Position numbers and translations under genes: made by a program. DNA of 64,000 bases from an uncultured Methylomirabilota bacterium. Lineage in GTDB: Bacteria; Methylomirabilota; Methylomirabilia; Methylomirabilales; 2-02-FULL-66-22. This document shows, one piece after another, positions 9,386 to 22,625 of the stretch (its first letter is position 1; each line of letters begins with the position of its first letter). The notes under the pieces were generated by a model. It was not told the DNA's origin, did not search any database, and was given only the letters and a program-made list of their open reading frames with translations. The stretch is taken from contig OY970067.1 in assembly GCA_963705305.1 (NCBI GenBank), positions 1,344,001 to 1,408,000 on the forward strand. The letters are read 5' to 3'.

Positions 9386-9697
9386 CTAGAACAGTCCCGG
9401 AAGGCCAAGGCCTCCGGCCAGCCGCGACACGTCCTGGGCGAGCAGCTCGCGCGCCTTCCGCAGCGCGTCATTGGCCGCCGCGGTGACCAGGTCCTGGAGC
9501 ATTTCCAGGTCGTCCCCCCGTACGACCTCGGGGTCGATCTTCACCGAGAGCAATTCGCCTTTGCCGTTGGCCACCGCCGTGACCATCCCGCCGCCGGCGC
9601 TTCCTTCCACGGTTTTGCCCGCCGCCTCCGCCTGGATGCGATCCATCTCGGCCTTCATCTTCTGGGCCTGCTTCATGATCTCACCGAGGTCCTTCAT
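9386..9697 (-). CDS. ybaB: YbaB/EbfC nucleoid-associated protein
   Basis: MKQAQKM...GSAGGGMV...DLEMLQDLV.AA.NDA; between dnaX and recR. Confidence 0.95.
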   Translation of the reverse strand: MKDLGEIMKQAQKMKAEMDRIQAEAAGKTVEGSAGGGMVTAVANGKGELLSVKIDPEVVRGDDLEMLQDLVTAAANDALRKARELLAQDVSRLAGGLGLPGLF

Positions 9698-9706
9698 GCC
9701 CCCTCC

Positions 9707-11359
9707 TCACGCCCCGACTTCCCGAACGACCGTCCCCCCGAACAGGGCCAGCGCCTCGCGGACCAGCGGATGGTCCTGCGGGCGCGCCGACCTCTGCGAC
9801 GCCGCGGGGGCAGGGGCCACGAACCGGTACTCGATCCGAAGGCGCCGCCCGAAAGCCTGGGTCGCCGCCTCCCCGATGACGCGGCGGCTCTCCGCCTCCT
9901 CCAGCGTGTCCCGCACGTAGGCGTTGCCGTTGGGCACCTCCAGCGTCAGCCGGTCGGCGTCCAGCTCGGCGGCACGGACCTCGGTCAGGACGGAGGCCAG
10001 GCGCTTGCGTCCCCGCAGCTGCTCGACGGCGGCCGCCCAGCCCTGGTCCATGTCCGCCGGCCCGCCCGGCGCAAGCGGACGCGCCCCGCCCTCCGCCGCG
10101 CGCGGGGGCTGGGCCTCCGGGGCCGCCGGCGCCCGGCGCGGCTGCGCACCCGCCGCGGGCCCGAACAGCGGCAGCTCCGCCACGGCGGCGGCCGGCGCAG
10201 GCGCGGGGCCGCCGGACGGGCGACCGGCCAGCGCGGTGAGTCGATCCAGAATGTTCCCCAGGCTTTCCAGGTGCCGGATCTCCGTCAGGCGGATCAGGGC
10301 CATCTCCAGCGAGTACCGCGGCTGGGCGGCCCGGCGCATCTCCGCCTCCGCCTGCAGCAGGGTCTTGAACATGAGCTCCAGCTCCGGCAGCGTCGCCCCC
10401 TCGGCCTGGCGGCGGGCCGCCTCCAGCCCCACGCGTCCCCCTTCCAGCAGGTGCCCCGGTTCCGGGCACACCTTGAGGATCGCCAGGTCGCGCAGGTGCG
10501 CCGCCAGCTCCACCGCGAACTGGCGCAGGTCCTGCCCGCAGCCCACGAGGCGGTCCACCAGCCCCAGCGCCGCCGCCGCATCCCGGGCCAGGATCGCATC
10601 GGCCGCCTCCGTCAGCACCTCGGCCCGCACCAGCCCCAGGAGGTCGGCCACCTTTCCGGCCTCCAGTCGGCTCCCCAGGCAGGCGATGGCCTGATCCAAA
10701 AGGCTCTGGGCGTCGCGAAGGCTGCCGCCCGCCGCCCGGGCCAGGAGGGTCACGCTCCCCTCGTCGGCGTCGACCCCTTCGGCTTGCAGGATCTCGCGCA
10801 GGCGGCCGGTGATCTCGGCCACCCCCAGGAGGCGGAAATCGTGCCGCTGGCAGCGCGACTGGATGGTGGCGGGGATGCGGTGGGGCTCCGTCGTGGCCAG
10901 GATGAAGATCACGCGAGCCGGGGGCTCCTCCAGCGTCTTCAGCAGCGCGTTGAAGGAGCTGGTGGAGAGCATGTGGGCTTCGTCGATGATATAGACCTTG
11001 TGCCGGCCTCGCGAGGGGGCGTACTGGACCGTCTCCAGGAGATCGCGGGTCTTTTCCACCTGGGTGTTGGAGGCGGCGTCCACCTCGATGCAATCCAGGG
11101 ATCGTCCGGCAGCGATCTCTTTGCAGGCGGGGCAGACGCCGCAGGGGGAGGGCGTGGGCCCTTGGGCGCAGTTCAGCGCCTTGGCCACGATCCGCGCGGT
11201 CGTTGTCTTCCCGACGCCCCGGGCTCCGGCGAAGAGCAGGGCGTGGGCCATGCGATCGCCGGCCAGGGCGTTCTTGAGGGTGTCGGTGACATGGCGCTGG
11301 CCCACGACCTCGTTGAAGGTCTGCGGCCGCCAGCGTCGTGCGATGACTTGATATGCCAT
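9707..11359 (-). CDS. dnaX: DNA polymerase III gamma/tau
   Basis: YQVIARRWRPQTF, GARGVGKTT, DEAHML, SRC motifs. Confidence 0.97.
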   Translation of the reverse strand: MAYQVIARRWRPQTFNEVVGQRHVTDTLKNALAGDRMAHALLFAGARGVGKTTTARIVAKALNCAQGPTPSPCGVCPACKEIAAGRSLDCIEVDAASNTQVEKTRDLLETVQYAPSRGRHKVYIIDEAHMLSTSSFNALLKTLEEPPARVIFILATTEPHRIPATIQSRCQRHDFRLLGVAEITGRLREILQAEGVDADEGSVTLLARAAGGSLRDAQSLLDQAIACLGSRLEAGKVADLLGLVRAEVLTEAADAILARDAAAALGLVDRLVGCGQDLRQFAVELAAHLRDLAILKVCPEPGHLLEGGRVGLEAARRQAEGATLPELELMFKTLLQAEAEMRRAAQPRYSLEMALIRLTEIRHLESLGNILDRLTALAGRPSGGPAPAPAAAVAELPLFGPAAGAQPRRAPAAPEAQPPRAAEGGARPLAPGGPADMDQGWAAAVEQLRGRKRLASVLTEVRAAELDADRLTLEVPNGNAYVRDTLEEAESRRVIGEAATQAFGRRLRIEYRFVAPAPAASQRSARPQDHPLVREALALFGGTVVREVGA

Positions 11360-11412
11360 ATGCTTCCAGGGACCCCCGGAACGGGGGGGCGCCGGACGGC
11401 CCGGGCAGCTCC

Positions 11413-11509
11413 GATCGGGACCCCTCGCGGCACCGGCCGCTCGCTGTTTACCGTTGCTTCCTTCCGGACCTGGCGGGGTTCACAGGGCTACCTTGCGCGA
11501 GACCCGATC
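11413..11509 (-). ncRNA. ffs: Small SRP RNA (4.5S)
   Basis: GAACCCCGCCAGGTCCGGAAGGAAGCAACGG core in a long hairpin upstream of dnaX; ends approximate. Confidence 0.93.
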
Positions 11510-11620
11510 CTCATCGCTGCTCAAACCGCCCGGCGCCCGGGTGATCGGCGGCCCGGACCGCCGAAAGGCCTAACAGACTGCTCTGCCGGAAGGCGCGTCC
11601 GCCAAGCCCGAGGCAACGGC

Positions 11621-11710
11621 TGGCGGAGAGGCCGGGATTCGAACCCGGGGTGGAGTTTCCCCCACACACGCTCTCCAGGCGTGCTCCTTCAACCACTCGG
11701 ACACCTCTCC
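11621..11710 (-). tRNA. tRNA-Ser (GGA)
   Basis: Class II cloverleaf, anticodon loop CTGGAGA, CCA end. Confidence 0.96.
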
Positions 11711-11786
11711 GTGGCCCCCCGTCAGTCATGCGTTCTCCGGCGTCGCGGACCGCCCGCCCCCGGCAGGCGCCCTGCGGTCGACGGCG

Positions 11787-11877
11787 TGGCGGAGAGGGTG
11801 GGATTCGAACCCACGTGGGAGTTGCCCCCCAACCCGCTTTCGAGGCGGGCCCGTTACGACCACTTCGGTACCTCTCC
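11787..11877 (-). tRNA. tRNA-Ser (CGA)
   Basis: Class II cloverleaf, anticodon loop CTCGAAA, CCA end. Confidence 0.96.
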
Positions 11878-11913
11878 CCGACACCGGCGCTTGTTTGCGT
11901 TTGTGGGGCGTCG

Positions 11914-12519
11914 CTAGCCGGCGGGCACGCCCTGGATCAGGGTGACCCGGTACTTGGCGTGCTCGAACGGCTGCATATCCGGGAACTTGGCGAAGAGCCA
12001 TCCCCGGTAGATCTCCTTCTTGTCCTCGAAGACCGTCACCGCCACGGCGGGGTTGGTCGGCTCGTTCGAGGCCGAGGTGATCTCGTTGCTATCCACCCGA
12101 AGCGCCGGCAGGAAATCTCCGACCCGCACATGGAGGCTGCTCCCCGGAATGTCCAGCTCGCCCCCCAGCGGCACCGTGAAGATCCGGGGTGGCCCGCCCC
12201 CATCCTTCTCCTCCACCTGGAGCTTCACGGCCTTCCACTTGCCCCTGACCGACCCGGGGACCCGCACCGTCCGGCTGCTGCTCCCCACGGGGGGATGCCG
12301 CTGTTCCGACGCGCTCTCGCCCGGCATGCCGATGGGCGGATGGCCGGGGGGCAGCGTCGCCTGGGCCGACTCGCCCCCCGCGGCCGCGGGAGGCGGCGGA
12401 GGCGGGGCCACCACGGCGAAGTAGAGCGCCACCGCCGCCAGCGGGACGGCCACCGCCAGGCCGATGAGGATCAGCCTTCGCGTGGACGGCCTCGGCGTGC
12501 TCCCGTCTGTGGAATTCAT
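11914..12519 (-). CDS. Membrane-anchored DUF2155-like protein
   Basis: N-terminal TM helix, LPPGHPP linker, C-terminal GWLFAKFP..PFEH.KYRV.L. Confidence 0.7.
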   Translation of the reverse strand: MNSTDGSTPRPSTRRLILIGLAVAVPLAAVALYFAVVAPPPPPPAAAGGESAQATLPPGHPPIGMPGESASEQRHPPVGSSSRTVRVPGSVRGKWKAVKLQVEEKDGGGPPRIFTVPLGGELDIPGSSLHVRVGDFLPALRVDSNEITSASNEPTNPAVAVTVFEDKKEIYRGWLFAKFPDMQPFEHAKYRVTLIQGVPAG

Positions 12520-12631
12520 CGATCCTGCCCCGCAGCCAAATAGAAAAACCGGCCCTGCCCCGAGGGCTGCCGGCGGGCCCGTGGCGTGGCCGACAGGCGC
12601 CGTTCTCTTTCTCTGCTCGTTCTGTCTGGGT

Positions 12632-12723
12632 TGGCGGAGAGGCCGGGATTCGAACCCGGGGGCCAGTTTTACCCGACCAACCGCTTAGCAGGCGGTTGCC
12701 TTCGGCCGCTCGGCCACCTCTCC
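12632..12723 (-). tRNA. tRNA-Ser (GCT)
   Basis: Class II cloverleaf, anticodon loop CTGCTAA, CCA end. Confidence 0.96.
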
Positions 12724-12816
12724 AGCATGCTCCGTCTATCTGCCGGTCGCGCCCCTCAATCGGGCCCCCGTTTTGCGCGGGGCCGCGTTGTCGCGCGACA
12801 CCCCATCGCGCGTCGC

Positions 12817-12902
12817 TGGCGGAGGGGGTAGGATTCGAACCCACGGACCTTGCGGTCTTCCCGTTTCAAGCGGGATGCCTTCAACCACTCGGCCACCCCT
12901 CC
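12817..12902 (-). tRNA. tRNA-Ser (TGA)
   Basis: Class II cloverleaf, anticodon loop CTTGAAA, CCA end. Confidence 0.95.
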
Positions 12903-13028
12903 CCTGCGGGATCCTGCCGCCATCCCTCCGGCGAGCGTCTCGGTGCCGCGCCGCGACGTCTCCAGGCCCCCGCCGGCCCTCTTATCATAGGAAACCCCGC
13001 GCACAAAGGGAAGCGGAAATGTGGGCAG

Positions 13029-14315
13029 CTAGGGTTTGGGGATGCGCTCCAGCCCGTCCATGTACGGCCGTAGCGCCTCCGGGATGCGTACGCTGCCGTC
13101 CGCCTCCTGGAAGTTCTCCAGGATGGCCAGCCAGGTGCGGCCCACCGCCACCCCCGACCCGTTCAGCGTGTGGGCGTATTCCACCGGGGCCTTGGGGGCC
13201 GGCCGAAAGCGGATGTTGGCCCGCCGGGCCTGAAAGTCTTCGCAGTTGCTCACGGAGGAGATCTCCCGGTAGCCTCCCCCGCCCGGTTGGCCGGGCAGCC
13301 ACACCTCAAGATCGTAGGTCTTAGCGGAGGCAAACCCCATGTCCCCGGTACACAGCACCACCACCCGGTAGGGAAGCCCCAGCCCCTGCAGCACCGCTTC
13401 GGCGTCGCGCGTCATCTGCTCCAGCGCCTCGCACGATCGGTTGGGCTCGGTGAACTTCACCAGCTCCACCTTGTTGAACTGGTGCTGTCGAACGAGCCCC
13501 CGCGTGTCCTTCCCATAGGACCCGGCCTCCCGCCGGAAGCAGGGCGTAAACGCCACGTAGGATCGGGGCAGGCTGCCAGGAGGCAGGATCTCGTCCCGGT
13601 GGAGGTTGGTGAGCGGGACCTCGGCGGTCGGGATCATGTAGAGGGACTCGTCCTTGGTCTTGAACAGCTCCTCCTCGAACTTGGGCAGCTGGCCGGCCCC
13701 CGTCATGGCGGCCGCATTGACCAAAAGCGGGGGGAGCACCTCCGTGTAGCCGTGCTCCCGCACGTGCAGGTCCAGCATGAAGTTGATGAGCGCCCGCTCC
13801 AGGCGGGCCCCCGGACCGATGAGAACGGCAAAGCGCGCCTGGGCCATGCGCGTGGCGCGCTCGAAGTCCAGCAGTCCCAGCGCCTCACCGATCTCCCAGT
13901 GGGGCCTGGGGGGAAAATCGAACTTTCGGGGGGATCCCCAGCGCCGGACCTCCGTGTTCCCGCTGCCGTCCGGGGCCACCGGCACCGAGGCGTGGGGGAG
14001 ATTCGGCACGCCCAGGAGGAAGCGCTTGACCTGCTCCTCGCAGCGTCGCACGGCCTCGTCCAGGCTCTTGATCCGCTCTCCCGCCTCCCGCATCTCGGCG
14101 ATGAGATCCTGGGCGTCCTGCCCGGCCCGCTTGCGCCGGCCGACCTCCTCCGACACGGCGTTGCGCCGATGCTTGAGCTGCTCCACCTCGGCCAGGAGAC
14201 GGCGGCGGCCCGCCTCGGCCTCCAGGAATTCGCCGAAGTCCAGTCGCAGCCCGCGACTTTGCAGGCGCTGCTGAACCGCCTCCAGGTTGTCCCGAACGAA
14301 TTTTGCGTCGAGCAT
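13029..14315 (-). CDS. serS: Seryl-tRNA synthetase
   Basis: [35 protein letters not shown] motifs. Confidence 0.98.
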   Translation of the reverse strand: MLDAKFVRDNLEAVQQRLQSRGLRLDFGEFLEAEAGRRRLLAEVEQLKHRRNAVSEEVGRRKRAGQDAQDLIAEMREAGERIKSLDEAVRRCEEQVKRFLLGVPNLPHASVPVAPDGSGNTEVRRWGSPRKFDFPPRPHWEIGEALGLLDFERATRMAQARFAVLIGPGARLERALINFMLDLHVREHGYTEVLPPLLVNAAAMTGAGQLPKFEEELFKTKDESLYMIPTAEVPLTNLHRDEILPPGSLPRSYVAFTPCFRREAGSYGKDTRGLVRQHQFNKVELVKFTEPNRSCEALEQMTRDAEAVLQGLGLPYRVVVLCTGDMGFASAKTYDLEVWLPGQPGGGGYREISSVSNCEDFQARRANIRFRPAPKAPVEYAHTLNGSGVAVGRTWLAILENFQEADGSVRIPEALRPYMDGLERIPKP

Positions 14316-14333
14316 CGTCGCGTCGCCCTGCCG

Positions 14334-16835
14334 TTAGCCCTGGGGCTCCTCGGCGTCCGACCCGCTTCCGTTCGCCTCGCCCTCGGCCTCTTCGGCCACC
14401 AGGCTGGTGACCGCCGCCACCCGGTCGTTGGCCTCCAGGCCCTGCAGGCGCACCCCCTGGGTGGCCCGCCCGATCACGCTGATCTCGCGGACATTCAGCC
14501 GGTTCACCTTTCCTTCCTGCGAGATCATCATGGCCTGGTCCTGCTCCTGGACCTGGAGAATGCTGACCACCGGCCCGTTCTTGTCCGTCACCCGCACGTT
14601 GATGATGCCCTTGCCGCCCCGGCCCTGGAGGCGGTATTCTTCCAGGGCGGTGCGCTTCCCGTAGCCGTGCTCGTTCACCGTCAGGATGGTGGTGCCGGGC
14701 CGGACCACCTCGGCGGCCACGACCTTGTCCTCGTCCTCCAGGGCGATGCCGATGACTCCCCGCCCCGTGCGCCCGATGGACCGCACCTCCTCCTCGCCGA
14801 ACCGGATGGCCATACCCTGCCGCGTGGCCAGGAAGATCTCGTCTCCCTCCGAGGTCAGCCGGACGGCGATCAGCTCGTCCCCCTCGTCCAGCGTCAGCGC
14901 GATGATGCCGCCGGCGCGCGGATTGGCGTAGGCGCTGAGCTCCGTCTTCTTCACGACCCCCCCGCGCGTGGCCATGAAGAGGTACTTGTCCACCTCGAAC
15001 TGGCGGATCGGGATCATGGCCGTGACGTTCTCGCCCGGCTGCACCTGCAGGAAGTTGACCAGCGCCTTGCCCTTGGCGGCCCGGCCCACCTGCGGCACCT
15101 CGTGCACTTTCAGCCAGTGCACCCGGCCCAGGTTCGTGAAGAGGAGCATGTAGCTGTGCGTGGTCGCCACGAAGAGGTACTCCACGTAGTCCTCTTCCTT
15201 GGTGGCCATCCCGGTGGTGCCCTTGCCGCCCCGCCGCTGCGACCGGTAGATCGTCAGCGGGCTGCGCTTGATGTAGCCGCCGTGCGTGACGGTGACCACC
15301 ATCTCCTCGTCGGCCACCATGTCCTCGAAGGAGATCTCGGCCGTCTCCTCCAGGATCTGGGTGCGGCGGGGGTCGCCGTACTGGTCCTTCAGGGCCGTCA
15401 GCTCGTCCCGCACAATCCCCCGGACCAAGGCCTCGTTGCCGAGGATCGCCTCCAGGCGGGCGATCAGCTGGATGGTCTCCTGGTACTCGTCCTGGATCTT
15501 CTGGCGCTCCAGCTGGGTGAGGCGCTGCAGGCGGAGGTCCAGGACAGCCTGCGCCTGGATCGTGGTCATGCCGAACTGCTGCACCAGGCCCTCGCGGGCC
15601 TCGTCCACCGAGCGGGACCGCCGGATGAGCTGGATGACCGCGTCCAGGTGGTCCAGGGCGATCCGGTAGCCCTCCAGAAGATGGGCCCGCGCCTCGGCCT
15701 GGCGAAGCTCGAAGCGGGTCCGGCGGACCACCACTGTCTTCCGGTGGTCGATGAAGTGTCCGACCACCTGCTTGAGATCCAGCACCCGGGGCTGGTTGTC
15801 CACCAGGGCCAGCATGATCACCCCGAAGGTGGACTGCATCGCCGTGTGCTTGTAGAGCGTGTTCAGGATGGGGGGGGCCGGCTCGTCCTTCTTGAGCTCC
15901 AGCACGATGCGCATGCCCTCCCGGTCGGACTCGTCGCGCAGATCCGAGACGCCGTCGATGCGCTTCTCGCGGATGAGCTCCGCGATCCGCTCCACCAGCC
16001 TGGCCTTGTTCACCTGGTAGGGCAGCTCGGTCACCACGATGCTGTCCCGCCCGCCGCGCCCCTTCTCGATGACCGCCTTGGCGCGCACCTGGATGAGTCC
16101 CCGCCCGGTCCGGTAGGCATCCAGGATCCCCTGCCGCCCGTGGATGTAGCCGGCGGTGGGGAAGTCCGGCCCGGGCAGGTGGTGCATCAGCTCGTCGATG
16201 GTGATATCGCCATTCTCCAGCTGGGCGATGACGGCGTCCACCACCTCTCCCAGGTTGTGGGGCGGGATGTTGGTGGCCATACCCACGGCGATGCCCGCCG
16301 AGCCGTTGATCAGCAGGTTCGGCAGGACCGCGGGCAGCACCAGCGGCTCCTGCGTGGACTCGTCGTAGTTGGGGCTGAAGTCCACCGTCTCCTTGTCGAT
16401 GTCCCGCAGCATCTCCTGGGACAGGCGGGCCAGGCGGACCTCCGTGTAGCGCATGGCCGCGGGCGCATCCCCGTCCACGGAGCCGAAGTTCCCCTGCCCG
16501 TCGATCAGGGGGTAGCGCATGGAGAAGTCCTGCACCAGGCGCACGATGGTGTCGTAGACGGCGCTGTCGCCGTGCGGGTGGTATTTCCCCAGGACGTCGC
16601 CCACGACGCGGGCCGACTTGCGGTAGGGGCGGTTGAAGCTCAGCCCCATCTCGTCCATGGAGTAGAGCACGCGGCGGTGCACCGGCTTCAGGCCGTCCCG
16701 CACGTCCGGCAGGGCCCGGCCGATGATGACGCTCATGGCGTAGTCCAGGTAGGACCGCCGCATCTCCTCGTGGATGTCGGTGGGGTGAACCTCGCCTACG
16801 CGCTGCTGGGCGATCCCGTCGTTCTGTTCGGGCAC
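14334..16835 (-). CDS. gyrA: DNA gyrase subunit A
   Basis: [14 protein letters not shown], GyrA-box QRRGGKG. Confidence 0.98.
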   Translation of the reverse strand: MPEQNDGIAQQRVGEVHPTDIHEEMRRSYLDYAMSVIIGRALPDVRDGLKPVHRRVLYSMDEMGLSFNRPYRKSARVVGDVLGKYHPHGDSAVYDTIVRLVQDFSMRYPLIDGQGNFGSVDGDAPAAMRYTEVRLARLSQEMLRDIDKETVDFSPNYDESTQEPLVLPAVLPNLLINGSAGIAVGMATNIPPHNLGEVVDAVIAQLENGDITIDELMHHLPGPDFPTAGYIHGRQGILDAYRTGRGLIQVRAKAVIEKGRGGRDSIVVTELPYQVNKARLVERIAELIREKRIDGVSDLRDESDREGMRIVLELKKDEPAPPILNTLYKHTAMQSTFGVIMLALVDNQPRVLDLKQVVGHFIDHRKTVVVRRTRFELRQAEARAHLLEGYRIALDHLDAVIQLIRRSRSVDEAREGLVQQFGMTTIQAQAVLDLRLQRLTQLERQKIQDEYQETIQLIARLEAILGNEALVRGIVRDELTALKDQYGDPRRTQILEETAEISFEDMVADEEMVVTVTHGGYIKRSPLTIYRSQRRGGKGTTGMATKEEDYVEYLFVATTHSYMLLFTNLGRVHWLKVHEVPQVGRAAKGKALVNFLQVQPGENVTAMIPIRQFEVDKYLFMATRGGVVKKTELSAYANPRAGGIIALTLDEGDELIAVRLTSEGDEIFLATRQGMAIRFGEEEVRSIGRTGRGVIGIALEDEDKVVAAEVVRPGTTILTVNEHGYGKRTALEEYRLQGRGGKGIINVRVTDKNGPVVSILQVQEQDQAMMISQEGKVNRLNVREISVIGRATQGVRLQGLEANDRVAAVTSLVAEEAEGEANGSGSDAEEPQG

Positions 16836-16911
16836 GACTCGTCCGTCCTCTCAGGCCGCCGGGCGGGCGGCTGCCGCTTGCCGCCGGCCGGCGCCCGGTC
16901 TGCGCGAGCCA

Positions 16912-19440
<2,529 letters not shown>

Positions 19441-19609
19441 TCAGCGCCGGCGGCCGGCGCGCCGCGTGCCGACAGGCTTGGGCTGCCGTTGGGGGGGAGG
19501 TCAGCCCGCACGTTTCCGTTGAATCGTGCCGCCCTCGCCGCCGGTCGGTTCCGCGGGCGCCCGGGAACCGGTGATCCGCCGGGGAGGGCGACGATCGCCG
19601 GCGGCAACA

Positions 19610-20710
19610 TCAGATGCGCATGGGCATGATGACGCAGCTGTAGGCCTCGTCGCCGCCCGGGCGAAAGATCGCGGGGCTGAGTGGATCGTTGATTTGCACG
19701 GTAATCTGAGCGGCATCTATCGCCGAGAGAAACTCCATCACGTAGCGCGCATTGAAGCCGACCTTGAAGCCGTCGCCGGCGTAGGATGTCTCCACCTCTT
19801 CGTGCGCTTCGCCTAAGTCCATGTTGACGCACGAGACCAGAACCCGACCCGGCTGGAAGTCGAATTCCGTGGGCGTGGTCCGCTCGCCCATGATCGCCGA
19901 GGTTCGCCGTAGCGCCCCGTAGAGCGCGTCTCGATCCAGCGTGATGTGGCTCGCCGTGGCGCTGGGAATGACCTGCTCGTAGTTCGGAAACTGGCCATCA
20001 ATGAGGCGCGCCACCAGCGTCGTGGTGCGCTGCCGGAGGATGAGTTGATTCTCGGCGATGTGCAGGCGAACGTCCCCGTCCCCGTCGCGAGCGATCTTCG
20101 CAGCCTCTGCCATCCCCTTTTTTGGTATCAAGGCCTCCAGGGTTGTTTCGGAGCCGTCGCCGCGCGCAGCCCGCACCAGCGCGAGGCGATGGCCGTCCGT
20201 TGCCACCATACTGACCTCGCCGGCGCGCACCTGGAGAAGAATCCCGGTGAGCGCGTAGCGGGTCTGGTCCGATGAGACGGCAAACAGTGTCTTGCGGACC
20301 ATGTCGCGGAAGATTCCCGCTTGAAGCGCCACCTCTTTGTTCGGCACGAGATTGGGTAGTGATGGAAATTCGTCCTTGGGGAGCCCCTTCATGCGAAAAT
20401 TCGAGCGCTCGCAGGTGATGGTCACCTGGAGATCCGCATCCGCTGCAAACTCGACCGGGGCTTGGGGGAGCTCGCGAGCCACCTCGTAAAGTTTTTTGGC
20501 TGCAAGTGCCACAGTGCCCGGTTGGATGACTTCGGCCGGGACCTGGCTGCGGAGTCCGACGTCCAGATCGGTGCCGAAAAGATACACCCCTTCAGGCGTT
20601 GCTTCCAAAAGAACATGAGAGAGGATCGGGAGAGTCTTTTTGGCCTCGACAACACCCTGGACGGGACCTAAGGCATCCACGAATGCGTCACGTTCCACAC
20701 GAATTCGCAT
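19610..20710 (-). CDS. dnaN: DNA polymerase III beta clamp
   Basis: LPILS, ATDGHRLA, FPNY, C-terminal IMPMRI. Confidence 0.97.
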   Translation of the reverse strand: MRIRVERDAFVDALGPVQGVVEAKKTLPILSHVLLEATPEGVYLFGTDLDVGLRSQVPAEVIQPGTVALAAKKLYEVARELPQAPVEFAADADLQVTITCERSNFRMKGLPKDEFPSLPNLVPNKEVALQAGIFRDMVRKTLFAVSSDQTRYALTGILLQVRAGEVSMVATDGHRLALVRAARGDGSETTLEALIPKKGMAEAAKIARDGDGDVRLHIAENQLILRQRTTTLVARLIDGQFPNYEQVIPSATASHITLDRDALYGALRRTSAIMGERTTPTEFDFQPGRVLVSCVNMDLGEAHEEVETSYAGDGFKVGFNARYVMEFLSAIDAAQITVQINDPLSPAIFRPGGDEAYSCVIMPMRI

Positions 20711-20814
20711 GAGACTCCCTCGCTCACCTATGCGTGAAGCAACTGACGGACATTGGGAAGAGGATTGTATGGCGACGCGACACGCGCGAGGTCACGCTGG
20801 TGGCGCACTTCTGG

Positions 20815-21375
20815 GTAGCTTTAATAATATAAGTAAATCCATTAGTAGTAAGAGTCATAGGTTAATGAATAGTGTGGATAGCGTCTCAACCGCGCATAAT
20901 ACGCGGTCCCCGTTATTTAGGCGTTTGTGGATGGTGTGTGGGTAGCCTCGCAACGCACCACCTTTCCGGGCAGAACCGGGCCAATGTGTGGAAATGGATC
21001 GGCAAATATAAAAGTCTAACCACATATTTTACAAGATTATACGCAATAATGTCAACAAGAGGTTGCTCGACTTCGGCGCGGCATTTTGGTATCGGAGAAA
21101 CCCCACACTATCCATCGAATTCTCTAGCGAAGGCCACGAGCATTCAAGGACAGGACGCCCCATTCATCAGCTCATATACCAAACACATGAATGGTAATAA
21201 TTGATAAAGAGCGCGGGGGCGGATGGCGAACGGCGGGATCACGAAATGGCGTTATGGAAGACGCCAATAAAAAGTCGCCGAGTCCTTTGGTACGCTTTGA
21301 GCACCATTGTCCCGAGAATAAACGATTTAAGCCGATGGTTACACACAGGGTTTTCCACAGATGTGGATAAGTAAT
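20815..21375. other. Putative oriC
   Basis: AT-rich region. DnaA boxes TGTGGATAA (21362-21370, perfect), TTTTCCACA (21351-21359), TGTGGATAG (20873-20881) and several 2-mismatch boxes. Trio-like (TAG/TAA) tract and AT-rich unwinding region at 20820-20865 upstream of dnaN. Confidence 0.8.
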
Positions 21376-21817
21376 GTACTCATTAAGATTCAATGGGTTA
21401 TGGTCGAGCCGTAGCGAATCTTTGTCATGTATCAGCTAAACCGACAGGCATATTTACTGTTGCGTCATGGGCATTGGTATGAGGTTGGAGACTGCCGCAA
21501 AAGCAGCCTCCAATGCGGACGCGTCAGGTGCTCGGCGAGAGGATCGAGCCCGCCGACAGGTCGCCTGCGGGTTTAAACGCCTGAGCGCTCCGAGGAGTGG
21601 AGTGGCATGCCTGAGTGGCCGCCCAACAAGACGCTGTGGCGCGGAGAGCCTGATCAGATGAACCATCTCCGGGCGACCGCGCGAAGCGTCAACAGGCTCC
21701 CAGCGCCCGCGGAACACGCCGGTGGCCGAGACCTCAGAAGCCCGAGGGGGAATGCCCCGGTGAGAGCAGGGCTCCGAGTGGCCCCGGGAAAGACTTTGTG
21801 ATTGTGCGCGGACCTGC

Positions 21818-21846
21818 TTGACATTCAGACTCGTCCGAAATAGGAT
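21818..21846 (+). promoter_or_regulatory. Sigma70 promoter of the rpmH operon
   Basis: TTGACA-17 bp-TAGGAT. Confidence 0.7.
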
Positions 21847-21881
21847 AGATGCTTTGCGGTACCGGCGAACAGGGAGGAACC

Positions 21882-22016
21882 ATGAAGCGAACGTATCAGC
21901 CAAACCGGAGCAAGCGAAAGGCATCTCACGGGTTCATGAAAAGGATGAGCACGCCCGGCGGCCGCAAGACGATCGCACGGCGCCGCGCCAAGGGGCGCTA
22001 TCGGTTGACGGTGTAG
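21882..22016 (+). CDS. rpmH: 50S ribosomal protein L34
   Basis: Manual translation [53 protein letters not shown]. Below the ORF-track size cutoff. Confidence 0.97.
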   Translation: MKRTYQPNRSKRKASHGFMKRMSTPGGRKTIARRRAKGRYRLTV

Positions 22017-22032
22017 AAGAAAGCAGTCCGGA

Positions 22033-22386
22033 ATGCCAAGACAGACCACACGAGCGGGGGCGACGAGGCTGCGTCGTTCCGGCGTTCGAACTCACAGCGG
22101 GCCCTGGACGGTCTGCGCTGCGCATGGCAGCAGCAGTGCCGGGCGACTCGTCGTTTCTCTGGGCCGGGCGGCGGGAAGCGCGGTTGCGCGGAGCCGGATC
22201 CGGCGAATCGCCCGCAGCGTCTTTTATGAGAAGGCGGATTCCGCCGCGCCCGTAGACCTATTGCTGTTGGCGCGCCGGAGCGTGGCCGGCGAGCCGCGCA
22301 GGCGCGTGCGGGCCGAGTTGAGCGAGCTTCTGGCCCGCGCCACGATGCGGCTAGCCGGTCGGACGGGAGAGGCGGGCGGTGTTTAG
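22033..22386 (+). CDS. rnpA: RNase P protein component (divergent)
   Basis: GRLVVSL.R.AGSAVARSRIRR (RNR-like motif); position between rpmH and yidD. Confidence 0.75.
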   Translation: MPRQTTRAGATRLRRSGVRTHSGPWTVCAAHGSSSAGRLVVSLGRAAGSAVARSRIRRIARSVFYEKADSAAPVDLLLLARRSVAGEPRRRVRAELSELLARATMRLAGRTGEAGGV

Positions 22387-22396
22387 ATTGTCCCGA

Positions 22397-22597
22397 ATGG
22401 TTGTTGCCACCATTCGCATATATCAGCGCTGGGTTTCCCCGGCCCTGACGCCGGCTTGTCGATTTGCCCCGACCTGCTCCGAATATGCGGCCCAAGCCAT
22501 CTTGCGCCATGGATTGGTGCACGGTCTCTGGTTAGGCACCCGCCGCTTGTTGAAGTGCCACCCATATCATCCCGGCGGACTGGATCCTGTCCCTTAA
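22397..22597 (+). CDS. yidD: Membrane protein insertion efficiency factor
   Basis: YQRWVSP..CRF.PTCSEYA...CHP..PGG.DPVP. Confidence 0.95.
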   Translation: MVVATIRIYQRWVSPALTPACRFAPTCSEYAAQAILRHGLVHGLWLGTRRLLKCHPYHPGGLDPVP

Positions 22598-22625
22598 CCT
22601 CGCGTCGCGGCTTCCGGAGTTCGGC

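Noticed and set aside
12817..12902. tRNA-Sec or suppressor tRNA
   Set aside because: The anticodon is TGA (reads UCA, Ser), not TCA, and the acceptor stem is a normal 7 bp.
21560..21800. TPP or cobalamin riboswitch, RNase P RNA, 6S RNA or tmRNA
   Set aside because: Diagnostic conserved motifs are absent; kept only as an unnamed low-interest candidate.
20872..21924. ORFs in the oriC gap as dnaA remnants
   Set aside because: No Walker A/B or domain IV similarity.
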